Shown here one piece after another: positions 1-9,720 of a stretch of DNA of 64,000 nt; the first letter of the stretch is position 1, and the number at the start of each line of letters is the position of its first letter. Position numbers and translations under genes: made by a program. Below the pieces are notes generated by a model, which did not search any database, was not told where the DNA came from, and worked only from the letters and a program-made list of their open reading frames with translations. The stretch is from the IMG/VR virus record IMGVR_UViG_3300032242_002041, positions 62,001 to 126,000 of that record; one strand, written 5' to 3'.

Positions 1-1222
1 GTGCCCAGTTGTATACTTGATCAATGTAATACACGTTCATAATACTGATGGTAGGCATAATACTGATAGAAAGATTTGGTAAATTTAATTCTTTGATTCT
101 GAGAATATTTGCCTCAACATCTTTCCAACTGCCGCCTCGTTGTAACTCAAACTGTTTTTCAACAGCATCAATACTAAAATGTATATCAACCAATTTAAAA
201 TCTGGCCAGTAAGGTAATAACTGTTCGGGCCATATAGACCCGTTACTGTTATAGTGCAATCTGATATGCGTGGAGTGCCCTTGATCAACAGCTAGCTCTA
301 GCACTTTTTTAAATTTTTTTATTAAAAATGGTTCGCCGCCAAACATGTCAATGTTTTGAATTCTTGGAAGCAACTCAACCATTTGATTAATAAAACTATC
401 ACTTTCACTCCAGTTGTCTTGTAAAACCAGCGGGATTCCTTGATACTTGTGTTCCTCTAATGCAAACAGTGAGCTGCTCTCGCCGTTGCATACACGACAT
501 TTAAAATTGCAAGTGTTATTAAACTTAAGATCAATGGTTGATATTTCAGGATCATCCAAAAACTTAGTTAAAAAATCTTTTTTTGTACGTTTTATATTAT
601 GCATACGTATTGAAGTTAAGTTTTTATCTTCAACTTTCCAACAGGAGCTACATTCTGCTGGTTTCCTGCCAGCTAAGAATTCTGCCCGCAATTGTGTTGC
701 AACCTCACTGTGAAATGCCTGTTCCAGCGTTGTAGTTTTAATATTGCCCAAACTTAAATTTTTGATCATACAACAAGGTGTAATATCACCAGTTGAACGG
801 ATTTCTAAATTGGTCCAGGGTATTGAGCAAATAGTATCGGGCAGCATATTTGAATCAACCACTTTGTGGGTAGGACCAAGAGCAACTTCTTGAAATCCAA
901 CAGGAATTGGATCTGTTGAAAACTGCCGGCACGATGATGCCACTAGATCCTTTAATTCAGCAGGACCGCAGATTAATATAAACCAGTTGCTAATATCAAT
1001 AAAGTTAATTGTTTCATACAGATTTTGCAAGAACTGCTCAGATAGGTGTTGCGAAGTGTAAAATACAATACGATCGTCGGCATTGTAACTCTCTTGATAT
1101 ACACTGTCTAGTGCTTTAAACAATCCATTAGGAGTGGCTGATAGCTTTCCTAAATCGTGTATCAGCTTGACATTAAATTTTTCTTTCAGTTGACTTTCGA
1201 GATCATCCGGCGAAATAATCAT
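1..1222 (-). CDS. Radical SAM protein with N-terminal twitch-like domain; 3' end runs off the window; absent from the ORF track
   Basis: Manual translation from ATG 1222 (ATGA overlap with the gp47 stop) is open to base 1: MIISPDDLESQLKEKF...CSIPW...TPCC...ECSSCW...FNNTCNFKCRVC...MFGGEPF...YNSNG...FSID. Confidence 0.9.
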   Translation of the reverse strand, partial: MIISPDDLESQLKEKFNVKLIHDLGKLSATPNGLFKALDSVYQESYNADDRIVFYTSQHLSEQFLQNLYETINFIDISNWFILICGPAELKDLVASSCRQFSTDPIPVGFQEVALGPTHKVVDSNMLPDTICSIPWTNLEIRSTGDITPCCMIKNLSLGNIKTTTLEQAFHSEVATQLRAEFLAGRKPAECSSCWKVEDKNLTSIRMHNIKRTKKDFLTKFLDDPEISTIDLKFNNTCNFKCRVCNGESSSLFALEEHKYQGIPLVLQDNWSESDSFINQMVELLPRIQNIDMFGGEPFLIKKFKKVLELAVDQGHSTHIRLHYNSNGSIWPEQLLPYWPDFKLVDIHFSIDAVEKQFELQRGGSWKDVEANILRIKELNLPNLSISIMPTISIMNVYYIDQVYNWA

Positions 1223-2235
1223 AGGCTCTGATATATTTTTAACAGTAGTTTAGGATCGTAAAACTCTGATTCAATGTTGGTAATCTGATCTGTGACAATC
1301 TGATCCACACTTTCAAACTTAATTTCGCCAGGCGCAAGATCTAAATCCACAGCGGTGCTCTTAATAGGCAACAGGGCCATTTCACGTAGGTTATAGTCTT
1401 TGATGAATGTTTCTTTGATAAAGTTGGCTTCTTCATAGCTGATATCAATGTCTAGTTCTACACGCACATGCATATTGGGTCGAAATATATTGGCACCGTT
1501 GTCAATGGCTTCACTTAACTTCATAACTCGATACAATGGTTGTCCTGGCCAAGCAAAGTATTGCTGTTCTTGCCCCCACTCCAGAACCATCATACCACGA
1601 TTAGCATCGCCAGCATCGGCAAAGTTGTGTGGAAAGCAGTTGCCAATATAGTTGATGTTCTTTTTCTGTTGACGCAAATGGAAGTGCCCGGAGTACACAC
1701 TTTCGACTCCGGTAAAGTTTTCTACTTTGATCTCACCGTGGTCTGGCATTTCTACCATGGCATTCATCTTAAAGTGCGGTAGCTCAAAGTGTCCAAACAT
1801 ATATTTTGCTGACATTTTAGCTAATTTTTTATGATCATCTCCAACCAACCAAGGAGCAATGATAACATCATCCTGTTTAAACCAGTCGTTGACCACAGTA
1901 ATATTGGGCAAGTGTTGTGCCCATTCTGCGCCGTGAATATCACGTTTATCTCTATAGTAAAGATCGTGATTGCCCGGAATAAAGTAAAATTGTTCAAACG
2001 CGGCACTTAACTTCTGTAGACTACGCAGGCTAAAGTGTAAGGTCTGTAGATTAATAGCGGCTCTGTGATGATGCCAATCGCCCAGGAACATGCCAGTTTC
2101 ACACCCTTGCTCCTTGGCAGTGGCAATAAACCAATCAATAAATGCTTCACAGTCTTGATTATGGGTTAAGCTATTTGATTTAAGTCCAAAGTGTATGTCT
2201 GTGCAGACAGCAGTCTTACGGAATAGATTTGTCAT
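1219..2235 (-). CDS. gp47: Recombination endonuclease subunit, T4 gp47/Mre11/SbcD-like metallophosphoesterase
   Basis: DIH, GDWHH, GNHD and GHFH motifs; adjacent to a gp55-like gene as in T4-like phages. Confidence 0.9.
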   Translation of the reverse strand: MTNLFRKTAVCTDIHFGLKSNSLTHNQDCEAFIDWFIATAKEQGCETGMFLGDWHHHRAAINLQTLHFSLRSLQKLSAAFEQFYFIPGNHDLYYRDKRDIHGAEWAQHLPNITVVNDWFKQDDVIIAPWLVGDDHKKLAKMSAKYMFGHFELPHFKMNAMVEMPDHGEIKVENFTGVESVYSGHFHLRQQKKNINYIGNCFPHNFADAGDANRGMMVLEWGQEQQYFAWPGQPLYRVMKLSEAIDNGANIFRPNMHVRVELDIDISYEEANFIKETFIKDYNLREMALLPIKSTAVDLDLAPGEIKFESVDQIVTDQITNIESEFYDPKLLLKIYQSL

Positions 2236-2242
2236 AGATTAA

Positions 2243-2271
2243 AGTATAAACTGATTGCAACAGGATTGCAA
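2243..2271 (-). promoter_or_regulatory. Sigma70-type promoter for gp47
   Basis: TTGCAA-N17-TATACT on the minus strand, 7 nt before the ATG, with no Shine-Dalgarno in between. Confidence 0.6.
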
Positions 2272-2280
2272 CCAGTATGG

Positions 2281-3192
2281 TTAAGTCTCGTCGTTGTATT
2301 CGGCGATGTCAATGTTTGTGACCACAGCCCCTGAGTTGGGATTCTTTTTACCTGCGTTCTGACGAGTCCAACTAGGATTAAGACCTGCTTGTTCCAGCAT
2401 GTCGTCGCGAATATTTTGATTTTTCTTTTCTAAATTCAAGATACGAGTAAAACTGTTAGTAATAGCAGCAGTGTAATAAGCAAATGGATTTTGACTTTTA
2501 GACTCATCAAATTGAAGGCCGATTTGACTTAATTGTAGTAAGGCTTGACCGCGCATTTCTTCATTGTAAGTGTATCCTCTCCAGTTAGAGCGAGTAGCAT
2601 ACCTCTCGCACAATTTCATATACATTGTTGCTAGTGTGCGTGTGGCCTGCCCGTGATCTTTTGAAAACTCTCCGTGCTCTAAATCACCTTTCCAGTGGCT
2701 TTTACCCACCAGGTACGGTTCTTTGTTTTCGTCTAGACGGTAATGATAAAATGGAGGAAAGTTTAGGCGAACATGCTTTTCGTCTAAGACCGGAATGTCA
2801 AGCAGCTCAGCCAACGGATCATCTTCGGGCATGTCCAATTCAAAAATATCTTCAATTTTCTTTTTCTTTTGTTGACTTTTTGGTATCTTTTTGGGTGCCA
2901 TGGGTATGTGTTCCCAGCAAGTAATACGGAATACTAAGTCGGTATTTGCAATCTTTTTTGGGTCTACAATCGTACCTTCACGCTTTAAACGATCGGCCTT
3001 GTTGCGACGAGCTTCGGCAATGGTACGCTGATTGATTTTAACCAGGGTAGGCAAAATGATATCATACTGATGATCGTTTACAGGATCTTGGTATGTACAG
3101 TAGGTGTTTTTGCTAAGGTGTATTTGTTTTAAGATATCTCTGTTGTTGAGATAATTGGTTTTTGCTGGTGTTCTTGTGGGTGTAGTTGACAC
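2281..3192 (-). CDS. gp55: Late-transcription sigma factor, T4 gp55-like (303 aa from GTG 3192)
   Basis: NYLNNRDIL, RGYTYNEEM and FDESKSQNPFAYYT..ITNSFTRILNLEKK match gp55 motifs. AGGAG precedes the in-frame GTG at 3192. The track's longer start overlaps the divergent gene. Confidence 0.85.
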   Translation of the reverse strand: MSTTPTRTPAKTNYLNNRDILKQIHLSKNTYCTYQDPVNDHQYDIILPTLVKINQRTIAEARRNKADRLKREGTIVDPKKIANTDLVFRITCWEHIPMAPKKIPKSQQKKKKIEDIFELDMPEDDPLAELLDIPVLDEKHVRLNFPPFYHYRLDENKEPYLVGKSHWKGDLEHGEFSKDHGQATRTLATMYMKLCERYATRSNWRGYTYNEEMRGQALLQLSQIGLQFDESKSQNPFAYYTAAITNSFTRILNLEKKNQNIRDDMLEQAGLNPSWTRQNAGKKNPNSGAVVTNIDIAEYNDET

Positions 3193-3212
3193 TAAGAAAT
3201 CTCCTAATAATG

Positions 3213-3245
3213 TATTTATTGTAGCATAAAAACCACACATGTCAA
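3213..3245 (-). promoter_or_regulatory. Overlapping sigma70-type and late-type promoters for gp55
   Basis: TTGACA-N16-TACAAT with extended -10 TG; TAAATA (3213-3218) overlaps the -10 box. Confidence 0.65.
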
Positions 3246-3279
3246 CCTCTAGATCATTATCTGGGTGGTTTATTTTCAC

Positions 3280-3287
3280 GGTAAATA
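3280..3287 (+). promoter_or_regulatory. Late promoter GGTAAATA for the baseplate operon
   Basis: Variant of the T4 late consensus TATAAATA; the same octamer recurs before several structural genes. Confidence 0.65.
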
Positions 3288-3308
3288 TATGATAGGGAAA
3301 AGTAAAGA

Positions 3309-4583
3309 ATGGCACAAACTCCACAAGAAGCAGCGCAGGCAGTAGCCGACACCACAGGCTATGTGCCCACACCTCTTACCGCTGAACAACAGGCAATTAA
3401 AGATTTATATAGTAAACCATTGCCTGTGTCAGGCGATCCTCAAACAAATTCCGAGGCTGCCGCTGCTACTGCAGCTGCAGAAGTTCCGGGTAGCAAAGTT
3501 GATAGATCGCCGGCACCTGTAGACCCTTACGTAGCACAAGATTTAGAAAATGGGCCTGGCACTAATGTTGCAGTTCCAACTGCTGACGTTCAAACAAGCG
3601 CAACAGCAGTTCAACCTAGCCCGGCTAGTGGACAAGTTGCCTATGATGATAATGGATATTTGTTACCAGGGTATACCTTAGATGAAAATAACAATCCAGT
3701 GTATCTAGGTAACGGGTTTGTGGAACCAGCAACACAGGCATCTGCAGATGAAACCCGTGCTAGCTTAGTTCAAGTAGGAACCGCGCAGGCTCAAAATCAA
3801 GAAACCAATTCCAGCCTATCACAACAGCCACGCAACACTGATTGGCGTGTGACATTAAGATTAGCACCCGGTGCTACCTATCTGTACAATGCTGCTGATG
3901 CTGGCCTATTGACACCCTTAAAAGTTACCAATGGAGTAATATTCCCTTACACTCCAAGTATTAGCACAGCCTATAAAGCCAACTATAGTCACTATGATTT
4001 AACACATTCAAACTATCGTGGATATTTTTATCAGAATAGTTATACTGATGTTATTACGTTGACCGCCAGCTTCACAGCACAAAGTACCGCTGATGCCTCT
4101 TACGTCTTGGCTGTGATTCACTTTTTCCGCTCAGTGACCAAAATGTTTTATGGTCAAGACGCACAACGTGGATCGCCTCCGCCTCTGGTATTTCTTAGCG
4201 GCCTAGGTGATTATCAATTTAACAATCATCCTTGTTTGGTTAGCCAATTTAACTATACCTTGCCGCCCGATGTGGACTATATAAGTTCTGGATCGCCTAA
4301 TAACTTGGGATTGAATTTGCAACCCTTACAAAATTTATACTCCACTACACTAAATGCTCTGTCACCAACCGTGACTCGATTGTCAGCGGCATTCTTGCCG
4401 CCTGGCGCAGAAAATGCCTTGCCTGCACCCTTAAAGGGGTTATTAAACAATCCTACCTATGTACCTAGTAAGATAGACATTACACTAAACTTGCTACCAG
4501 TGCAGAGTCGTCAACAGGTTAGCCAACAGTTTAGCCTCAAAGGCTTTGCTAATGGTCAGCTACTCAAAGGAGGGTTCTGGTAA
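3309..4583 (+). CDS. Baseplate/tail-tube initiator protein, gp48/gp54-like, with low-complexity N-terminus
   Basis: GVIFPYTPSI, LTHSNY and FFRSVTKMFYG..GSPPPLVFLSG tube-fold motifs; directly upstream of gp53-like gene. Confidence 0.6.
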   Translation: MAQTPQEAAQAVADTTGYVPTPLTAEQQAIKDLYSKPLPVSGDPQTNSEAAAATAAAEVPGSKVDRSPAPVDPYVAQDLENGPGTNVAVPTADVQTSATAVQPSPASGQVAYDDNGYLLPGYTLDENNNPVYLGNGFVEPATQASADETRASLVQVGTAQAQNQETNSSLSQQPRNTDWRVTLRLAPGATYLYNAADAGLLTPLKVTNGVIFPYTPSISTAYKANYSHYDLTHSNYRGYFYQNSYTDVITLTASFTAQSTADASYVLAVIHFFRSVTKMFYGQDAQRGSPPPLVFLSGLGDYQFNNHPCLVSQFNYTLPPDVDYISSGSPNNLGLNLQPLQNLYSTTLNALSPTVTRLSAAFLPPGAENALPAPLKGLLNNPTYVPSKIDITLNLLPVQSRQQVSQQFSLKGFANGQLLKGGFW

Positions 4584-4885
4584 TGGCCGGCCTATACACC
4601 AGCACTAGTCCCTATTACTTAACGGGCTATAGTCAATTTTTCCTAGATGTTATGGTCAACAGATCTATACCTAAATTTACTGATGATCTGCTGTTTACAA
4701 TTAATACTACCTTTCAGTATCGTCCTGATTTGTTAGCCTATGACTTGTATGGCGATGCTGGTCTTTGGTGGGTATTTTATCAACGCAATCCTAATACATT
4801 GACTGCCCCGCCAATGGACTTTTCTGCAGGGACAGCAATCTATCTTCCTAAATTAGATACATTACAAACAGTGTTAGGATTCTAA
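4583..4885 (+). CDS. gp53: Baseplate wedge protein gp53-like (LysM-like)
   Basis: YRPDLLAYDLYGDAGLWWVF motif, 100 aa, gene context. Confidence 0.8.
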   Translation: MAGLYTSTSPYYLTGYSQFFLDVMVNRSIPKFTDDLLFTINTTFQYRPDLLAYDLYGDAGLWWVFYQRNPNTLTAPPMDFSAGTAIYLPKLDTLQTVLGF

Positions 4886-4886
4886 C

Positions 4887-6227
4887 ATGGCTGCTACCGA
4901 TCAAGCACATTATTCTGGACCTTCGCCCACTGGCAAGTATTACTATACTAATTTAGCTACAGGTGATATCAATGAATCTGATACCCCACCAACTCCAAAT
5001 CAGCGAGCAACTTGGGCAGCAGACAATCCACAGTCAACATCGGGTACAGTAGGACAAACACAAGCTACATCGGAGCCAAATCAAACAATAGGCGGCCCTG
5101 TGCCAGTTTATAGACAAGATCAAATTAATCAAAGTCTTGCCGTCCAGGACAATGCTGTGCAACCGGCACCTACATCTGATGGGGTTGGAGCAGGTACAAC
5201 TGGCAATTCTGCCACCAGCGTAGACCCAGACGATAGTCCAAGGGTAACAGCCAGTAGCATACAATCCTCGGTTAATACGTCAGTGGCGGCACTTAATCAA
5301 CTTATCACAACACAGCCTAATCAGCTAGATCAATATACCAGCTATACCTATAATATTGGTTGGTATCTGCTTAGTCAAACACAGTATACCGCAATGGTTG
5401 ACTCACAAAAAGCTGATACTGCTGGCTGGCAATTACTCATGCAAAGCGGTGGAGCACCTGTTAAGGGTCGTAGCCCTGCTTTTCCGGTTGACTACTACAT
5501 GGATGATCTTGAAATTAACTCTAGAACTCCAGGCGGCGGCACAAATAGATCTAACTCGGCACTCGATCTACGATTCAAAGTTACTGAGCCAAATGGAATC
5601 ACACTATTAGAAAGTATTTTTACTGCATTGAAAAGTGTTTATAAAAATGATAAACAGTCACAAACTAATACTAGCAATAACGGAGCACCTGTTGCCACGG
5701 TATCCGACAACACAGGCACGCCAAATTATCTAGCGGCACAATATTGTTTAGTTATTGAGTTTTTTGGCTATGATCAAAATGGTAAGTTAGTTGCACCAGC
5801 TAAAGGTACCTTTAGCAGCACCGGTGGGTACGGCCAAGAAGCTGTTATTAAAAAATATTATCCATTTCGCATAATGGACATAAAGTTTCAGGTTGCTAAT
5901 AGAGCTATCGAATATCAAATTACCGGCATGTCGTTACCGCAATCTTATGCCAGCACTACCGATCGTGGCACCATACCGTTTCCGTTTACTCTGACTGGGC
6001 AGACAGTAGAACAACTGTTAAATGGTAGCCCTGCAGCATCTGGAAAAACCAGTGCCAGTTCTGGCACCAGCACTGCTGATAAAGGTGCCAGAAAGACTAC
6101 TCCAGAACCAATTAAGGTTGGTGATTTACCAATAAAACAACAAGCGGCCATTGCCGCTGGCACTGATCCTAACGCAGTTAATGACCAAGGCATGGCCTTT
6201 GGTGGCGGTGGACTCTCAGGAGCATAA
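4887..6227 (+). CDS. Putative baseplate hub protein, N-terminal part
   Basis: 446-aa ORF between gp53-like and gp5-like genes; NQLDQYTSYTYNI and FKVTEPNG core with low-complexity ends. Confidence 0.5.
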   Translation: MAATDQAHYSGPSPTGKYYYTNLATGDINESDTPPTPNQRATWAADNPQSTSGTVGQTQATSEPNQTIGGPVPVYRQDQINQSLAVQDNAVQPAPTSDGVGAGTTGNSATSVDPDDSPRVTASSIQSSVNTSVAALNQLITTQPNQLDQYTSYTYNIGWYLLSQTQYTAMVDSQKADTAGWQLLMQSGGAPVKGRSPAFPVDYYMDDLEINSRTPGGGTNRSNSALDLRFKVTEPNGITLLESIFTALKSVYKNDKQSQTNTSNNGAPVATVSDNTGTPNYLAAQYCLVIEFFGYDQNGKLVAPAKGTFSSTGGYGQEAVIKKYYPFRIMDIKFQVANRAIEYQITGMSLPQSYASTTDRGTIPFPFTLTGQTVEQLLNGSPAASGKTSASSGTSTADKGARKTTPEPIKVGDLPIKQQAAIAAGTDPNAVNDQGMAFGGGGLSGA

Positions 6228-6228
6228 T

Positions 6229-7947
6229 ATGCCAGCTAACCGACAAAATAATCCAAGTTTTTTTGGCAACGTAAATCTGTTTAATAACATAACAGGTGTT
6301 CCTAGTTTTGCTCAGCGTGTGTCAGAAACCAATGCCGCCAAAAGCGACCAAGCCCCGGCTAATGCGGCAGGCGCACCAGTTGCTGGTAAAGAAAATATTT
6401 TCACAGGACTTTGCGAAGCACTCAACCAAAATCAACGTGAGTTGGTTAAATTAAAGAAACGTGCGATTGCAGACGAATATGTGATTGAATTTGCACCTCC
6501 GGCAATTGGTGCGTCAACGGTCAGTCGTCCTGGTCCACAAGACGCAACTACCGCGCCTATGCAGACACCAGATTCTGCAGCCAGAATTTCCAATGAAACT
6601 AACAAAGTAAATCGTGCGGCCCGCACCTGGCCGGTAGAAGCAGGCACACAGATTATAAAACTTATCGATGATGTCATGCGAAATAGTAGCTATGTTACGG
6701 ATCAGCAAAATGTAGAAATCACTACAACTACAGATCCAGTTACTGGTATACAAGTGCAAAAACTTAATGCCAAAAAAGGCACTGGAAATTTTCAATGGTA
6801 TAAAATTACTGTGGCTACTCGACCGCTTGGCTATGATAAAATCATACGTGATTATGCCTATCGCATGACTTTTATCATTACACCCTATGCTGTTGCTCAA
6901 ATGACTAGTCAATATTTTCCAGACAGTCGATATCGCGGAGTGCATAAATCATATCAATATTGGTTCACTGGAGCAAACACACAAATTTTGCACTATGAAC
7001 AAAAATATGATAATGCTTATCGTTTGTTATTATCTGGTATTGGTGCAGATGCTCAACAGACCTCAACTACAGATTTTCGAGATCAAAATCGTTACATATT
7101 CATGGCCACCAGTGAAGATCAATCCAAGGGTGCTAAAAATTATGCCAACGAGCCAGGAAACAATGCAGCTAGTTTTTTATATGATCCATCCTCATTAAGC
7201 CAGGTTAAGCTACGTATTGTTGGTGACCCTGCCTGGATGCAACAAGGCGAAACCGGGCTAGGTGTAAGTGCTAGATCATTTAGTTTTAGTCCATTTAACG
7301 CCGACGGCACTATCAACTATGACGCCCAGCAAATTATGTTTGATGTAAGTTTTAATCAACCTACAGACTATAATTTTAATACAGGGTTAATGAATGTAAA
7401 TGCAAATAATCGAAACGGATTACCGCAAGAACATTATACATTCACTGCCTTGTCAGTTAAAAATATCTTTAGTAAAGGTCGATTTGAACAAGAACTTGAA
7501 GGTAGATTGGTTATTGAAAAGAAAACCAATCGAAGTAATAATGGTAGACCAGCTGCTCCCGCTGCTCCTGCGTCTGCTGGCAGTCGAGACACCACAAACA
7601 GTCTTGCTGGGTCTGGCTATCAAAACGAAGATCAACAAGCAGCCGATGGTAATGGCTCTGCGTTGCCCACCGGATATCAAAACGAAGATCAACAAGCGGC
7701 CGATGGTAATGGTCCGCCAACACCACAACCTGCATCCCCGTCAAGCGATCCAACCTCCAACGGAGATATAGCGGCTATACAGTCTGTACAAGCTAATTAT
7801 AATACTGGCGGCGGAGGATTTACTCCGCCTGCAGATGCAGCGGCCGCTGTTGCAGCTGCCAATGGTCCGTTGACTCCGTTGACTGCAGAACAACAACAGA
7901 TTCAAAAATTAAATAAACCACAAGTTATAGCAAAGGATGACTCATAA
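6229..7947 (+). CDS. Putative baseplate hub protein (gp27-like), C-terminal part; start revised to ATG 6229
   Basis: In-frame ATG just after the upstream stop; LRIVGDPAW and KNIFSKGRFEQEL hub-like motifs; precedes the spike gene. Confidence 0.55.
   Translation: MPANRQNNPSFFGNVNLFNNITGVPSFAQRVSETNAAKSDQAPANAAGAPVAGKENIFTGLCEALNQNQRELVKLKKRAIADEYVIEFAPPAIGASTVSRPGPQDATTAPMQTPDSAARISNETNKVNRAARTWPVEAGTQIIKLIDDVMRNSSYVTDQQNVEITTTTDPVTGIQVQKLNAKKGTGNFQWYKITVATRPLGYDKIIRDYAYRMTFIITPYAVAQMTSQYFPDSRYRGVHKSYQYWFTGANTQILHYEQKYDNAYRLLLSGIGADAQQTSTTDFRDQNRYIFMATSEDQSKGAKNYANEPGNNAASFLYDPSSLSQVKLRIVGDPAWMQQGETGLGVSARSFSFSPFNADGTINYDAQQIMFDVSFNQPTDYNFNTGLMNVNANNRNGLPQEHYTFTALSVKNIFSKGRFEQELEGRLVIEKKTNRSNNGRPAAPAAPASAGSRDTTNSLAGSGYQNEDQQAADGNGSALPTGYQNEDQQAADGNGPPTPQPASPSSDPTSNGDIAAIQSVQANYNTGGGGFTPPADAAAAVAAANGPLTPLTAEQQQIQKLNKPQVIAKDDS
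7615..7713 (+). repeat. Intragenic direct repeat, 57-nt period (GYQNEDQQAADGNG x2)
   Basis: Two near-identical 42-nt copies starting at 7615 and 7672. Confidence 0.9.
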
Positions 7948-9713
7948 TGTCTGAAATGACCGAATCAACGTCGGCAAAGCCACGGAACTATAAAGACGCA
8001 CTACCCCCTGGCGCCTACATTGGCGTAGTAAAAAATAACGTCGACTCCACTCGTAGTGGTCGACTACAGGTGTATATTCAACATCGTGGTTCGTCTGATC
8101 CTAAAAATCCTAACAGTTGGCAGACTGTAGTTTATTGTCCGCCATTCTACGGAACGACTCCTACTGGCGCACAAGCTGGTACTGGAGCATTTGAACAAGG
8201 CAACCCACAAAGCTACGGCATGTGGTTCACTCCGCCTGATATTGGCACACAGGTATTGTGCGTATATGTGGCAGGCGAAGCCATGGGTTACTATGTAGGT
8301 TGTATTCCTACGCTGTATGCTTCTCATATGATTCCAGCCATTGGATCTGTTCCTAAGGCACAAGCAGTTACACAGAATAAAAATCAAGCCAGCTACTTTG
8401 CGGGCTCAGAAAGATTACCGGTCACAGAAATCAACGTAACCGATGAAAAAATTAGTCAAAACCCTAAATTCTTTGATCAACCTAAACCAGTTCATAGTTA
8501 TCTAGCTGGTATACTGTTTCAACAAGGCTTGATCAACGATCAAGTACGTGGCAGTATTGGAAGTTCCAGTCAACGTGAAACTCCTAGTAACTGTTATGGT
8601 ATCAGCACACCGGGTCGTGCAATTTATCTAGGCGGTATCGGTGCCGATGCTGGTGGTGAAGCCGGCATTAATAACAAAGATTTAAAATCTAAACAACCAA
8701 GTGCAGCCAACGTTATTGCTCGTCGAGGTGGACATACCTTTGTCATGGATGATGGCGATTTACAAGGCAAAGATAGTTTGGTCCGCATACGCACTGCCAA
8801 AGGTCATCAAATCACCATGAGTGATGATGGTGATTGCTTGTATATTTGTCATGCCAATGGACAGGCCTGGATTGAACTAGGACAAGAAGGCACACTAGAT
8901 GTATATACTACCAACAGTGTAAACCTACGCAGTCAAGGAACTATCAATTTACATGCCGACGAAGATATCAACATGTTTGCTGGCGGCAAAATCAATATGA
9001 AAAGTGCCAAAGGAACTACCATGCAAAGTGACGCAGATATGACTGTGTCAAACAAAGGTAAATTGACCCTGTTCAGCCAAGGATCTATTGGAATTAAAAG
9101 TCCTGGAACTGTGGCCATAAGCAGTCAATTAGGCAGCTGGGCTTCCAGCTCAGAACTAACGTTTAATGGTAGTAAAATACAGCTCAATGGCGGACACCGT
9201 ATCGAAGTTGAGACACCAATTGGGTTGACCAAATACTTGCATCCTAAAGTTGAGTTTAATGCTAGTACTGGTTGGGTAGCTACACCTTCGGCTACAGAAA
9301 GTATAGTGACCCGGGCACCTACACACGAACCATATCCTTATCATAACGATGGAGTAAAGGTATCAGTTAAATTAGGTAGTGCAGCACCAACACCGCCACC
9401 AGATGCTCCACCGGTGCCCAAGGATGTTAAGATTACCAAGACAGCCGACACTCCGCCTAAAAAAGAAACTGCTCCAAATCCTCCAGCTGTTAATCCGTCT
9501 GCAGTCAGCTGGGATCCAAACAATATAGCCAGTATGCAAACAGCTAGAACGCAATTAGGCAATATGTCAGATCAATTAAAAGCATGGTTTACCCAATATC
9601 GCGATACGGCAACCGCAGAGCAAAGAACTATTGTTGGTAATTATATGGATATTATTAACTCCAAATTGGCACAAATACTTGCTGATATTACTGCATTAAA
9701 TAGCAGAGGATAG
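7947..9713 (+). CDS. gp5: Central spike protein, gp5/VgrG-like, without an internal lysozyme domain
   Basis: OB-fold motifs GVVKNNVD..RSGRLQVYI and GMWFTPPDIGTQV; GHTFVMDD and RTAKGHQI; beta-helix-like repeats; PTHEPYPYH near the C-terminus. Confidence 0.8.
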   Translation: MSEMTESTSAKPRNYKDALPPGAYIGVVKNNVDSTRSGRLQVYIQHRGSSDPKNPNSWQTVVYCPPFYGTTPTGAQAGTGAFEQGNPQSYGMWFTPPDIGTQVLCVYVAGEAMGYYVGCIPTLYASHMIPAIGSVPKAQAVTQNKNQASYFAGSERLPVTEINVTDEKISQNPKFFDQPKPVHSYLAGILFQQGLINDQVRGSIGSSSQRETPSNCYGISTPGRAIYLGGIGADAGGEAGINNKDLKSKQPSAANVIARRGGHTFVMDDGDLQGKDSLVRIRTAKGHQITMSDDGDCLYICHANGQAWIELGQEGTLDVYTTNSVNLRSQGTINLHADEDINMFAGGKINMKSAKGTTMQSDADMTVSNKGKLTLFSQGSIGIKSPGTVAISSQLGSWASSSELTFNGSKIQLNGGHRIEVETPIGLTKYLHPKVEFNASTGWVATPSATESIVTRAPTHEPYPYHNDGVKVSVKLGSAAPTPPPDAPPVPKDVKITKTADTPPKKETAPNPPAVNPSAVSWDPNNIASMQTARTQLGNMSDQLKAWFTQYRDTATAEQRTIVGNYMDIINSKLAQILADITALNSRG

Positions 9714-9720
9714 AGTATCA

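Noticed and set aside
85-713. Track ORFs 85..288(-) and 447..713(+)
   Set aside because: Both are shadows of the real radical SAM frame 1222->1, which the track omitted, presumably because it has no stop inside the window.
3193-3372. Track's N-terminal extensions (gp55 to 3372; also 6151, 32437, 61071, 61670, 63751)
   Set aside because: They overlap neighbouring genes or promoters, and downstream starts have better RBS or coupling support.
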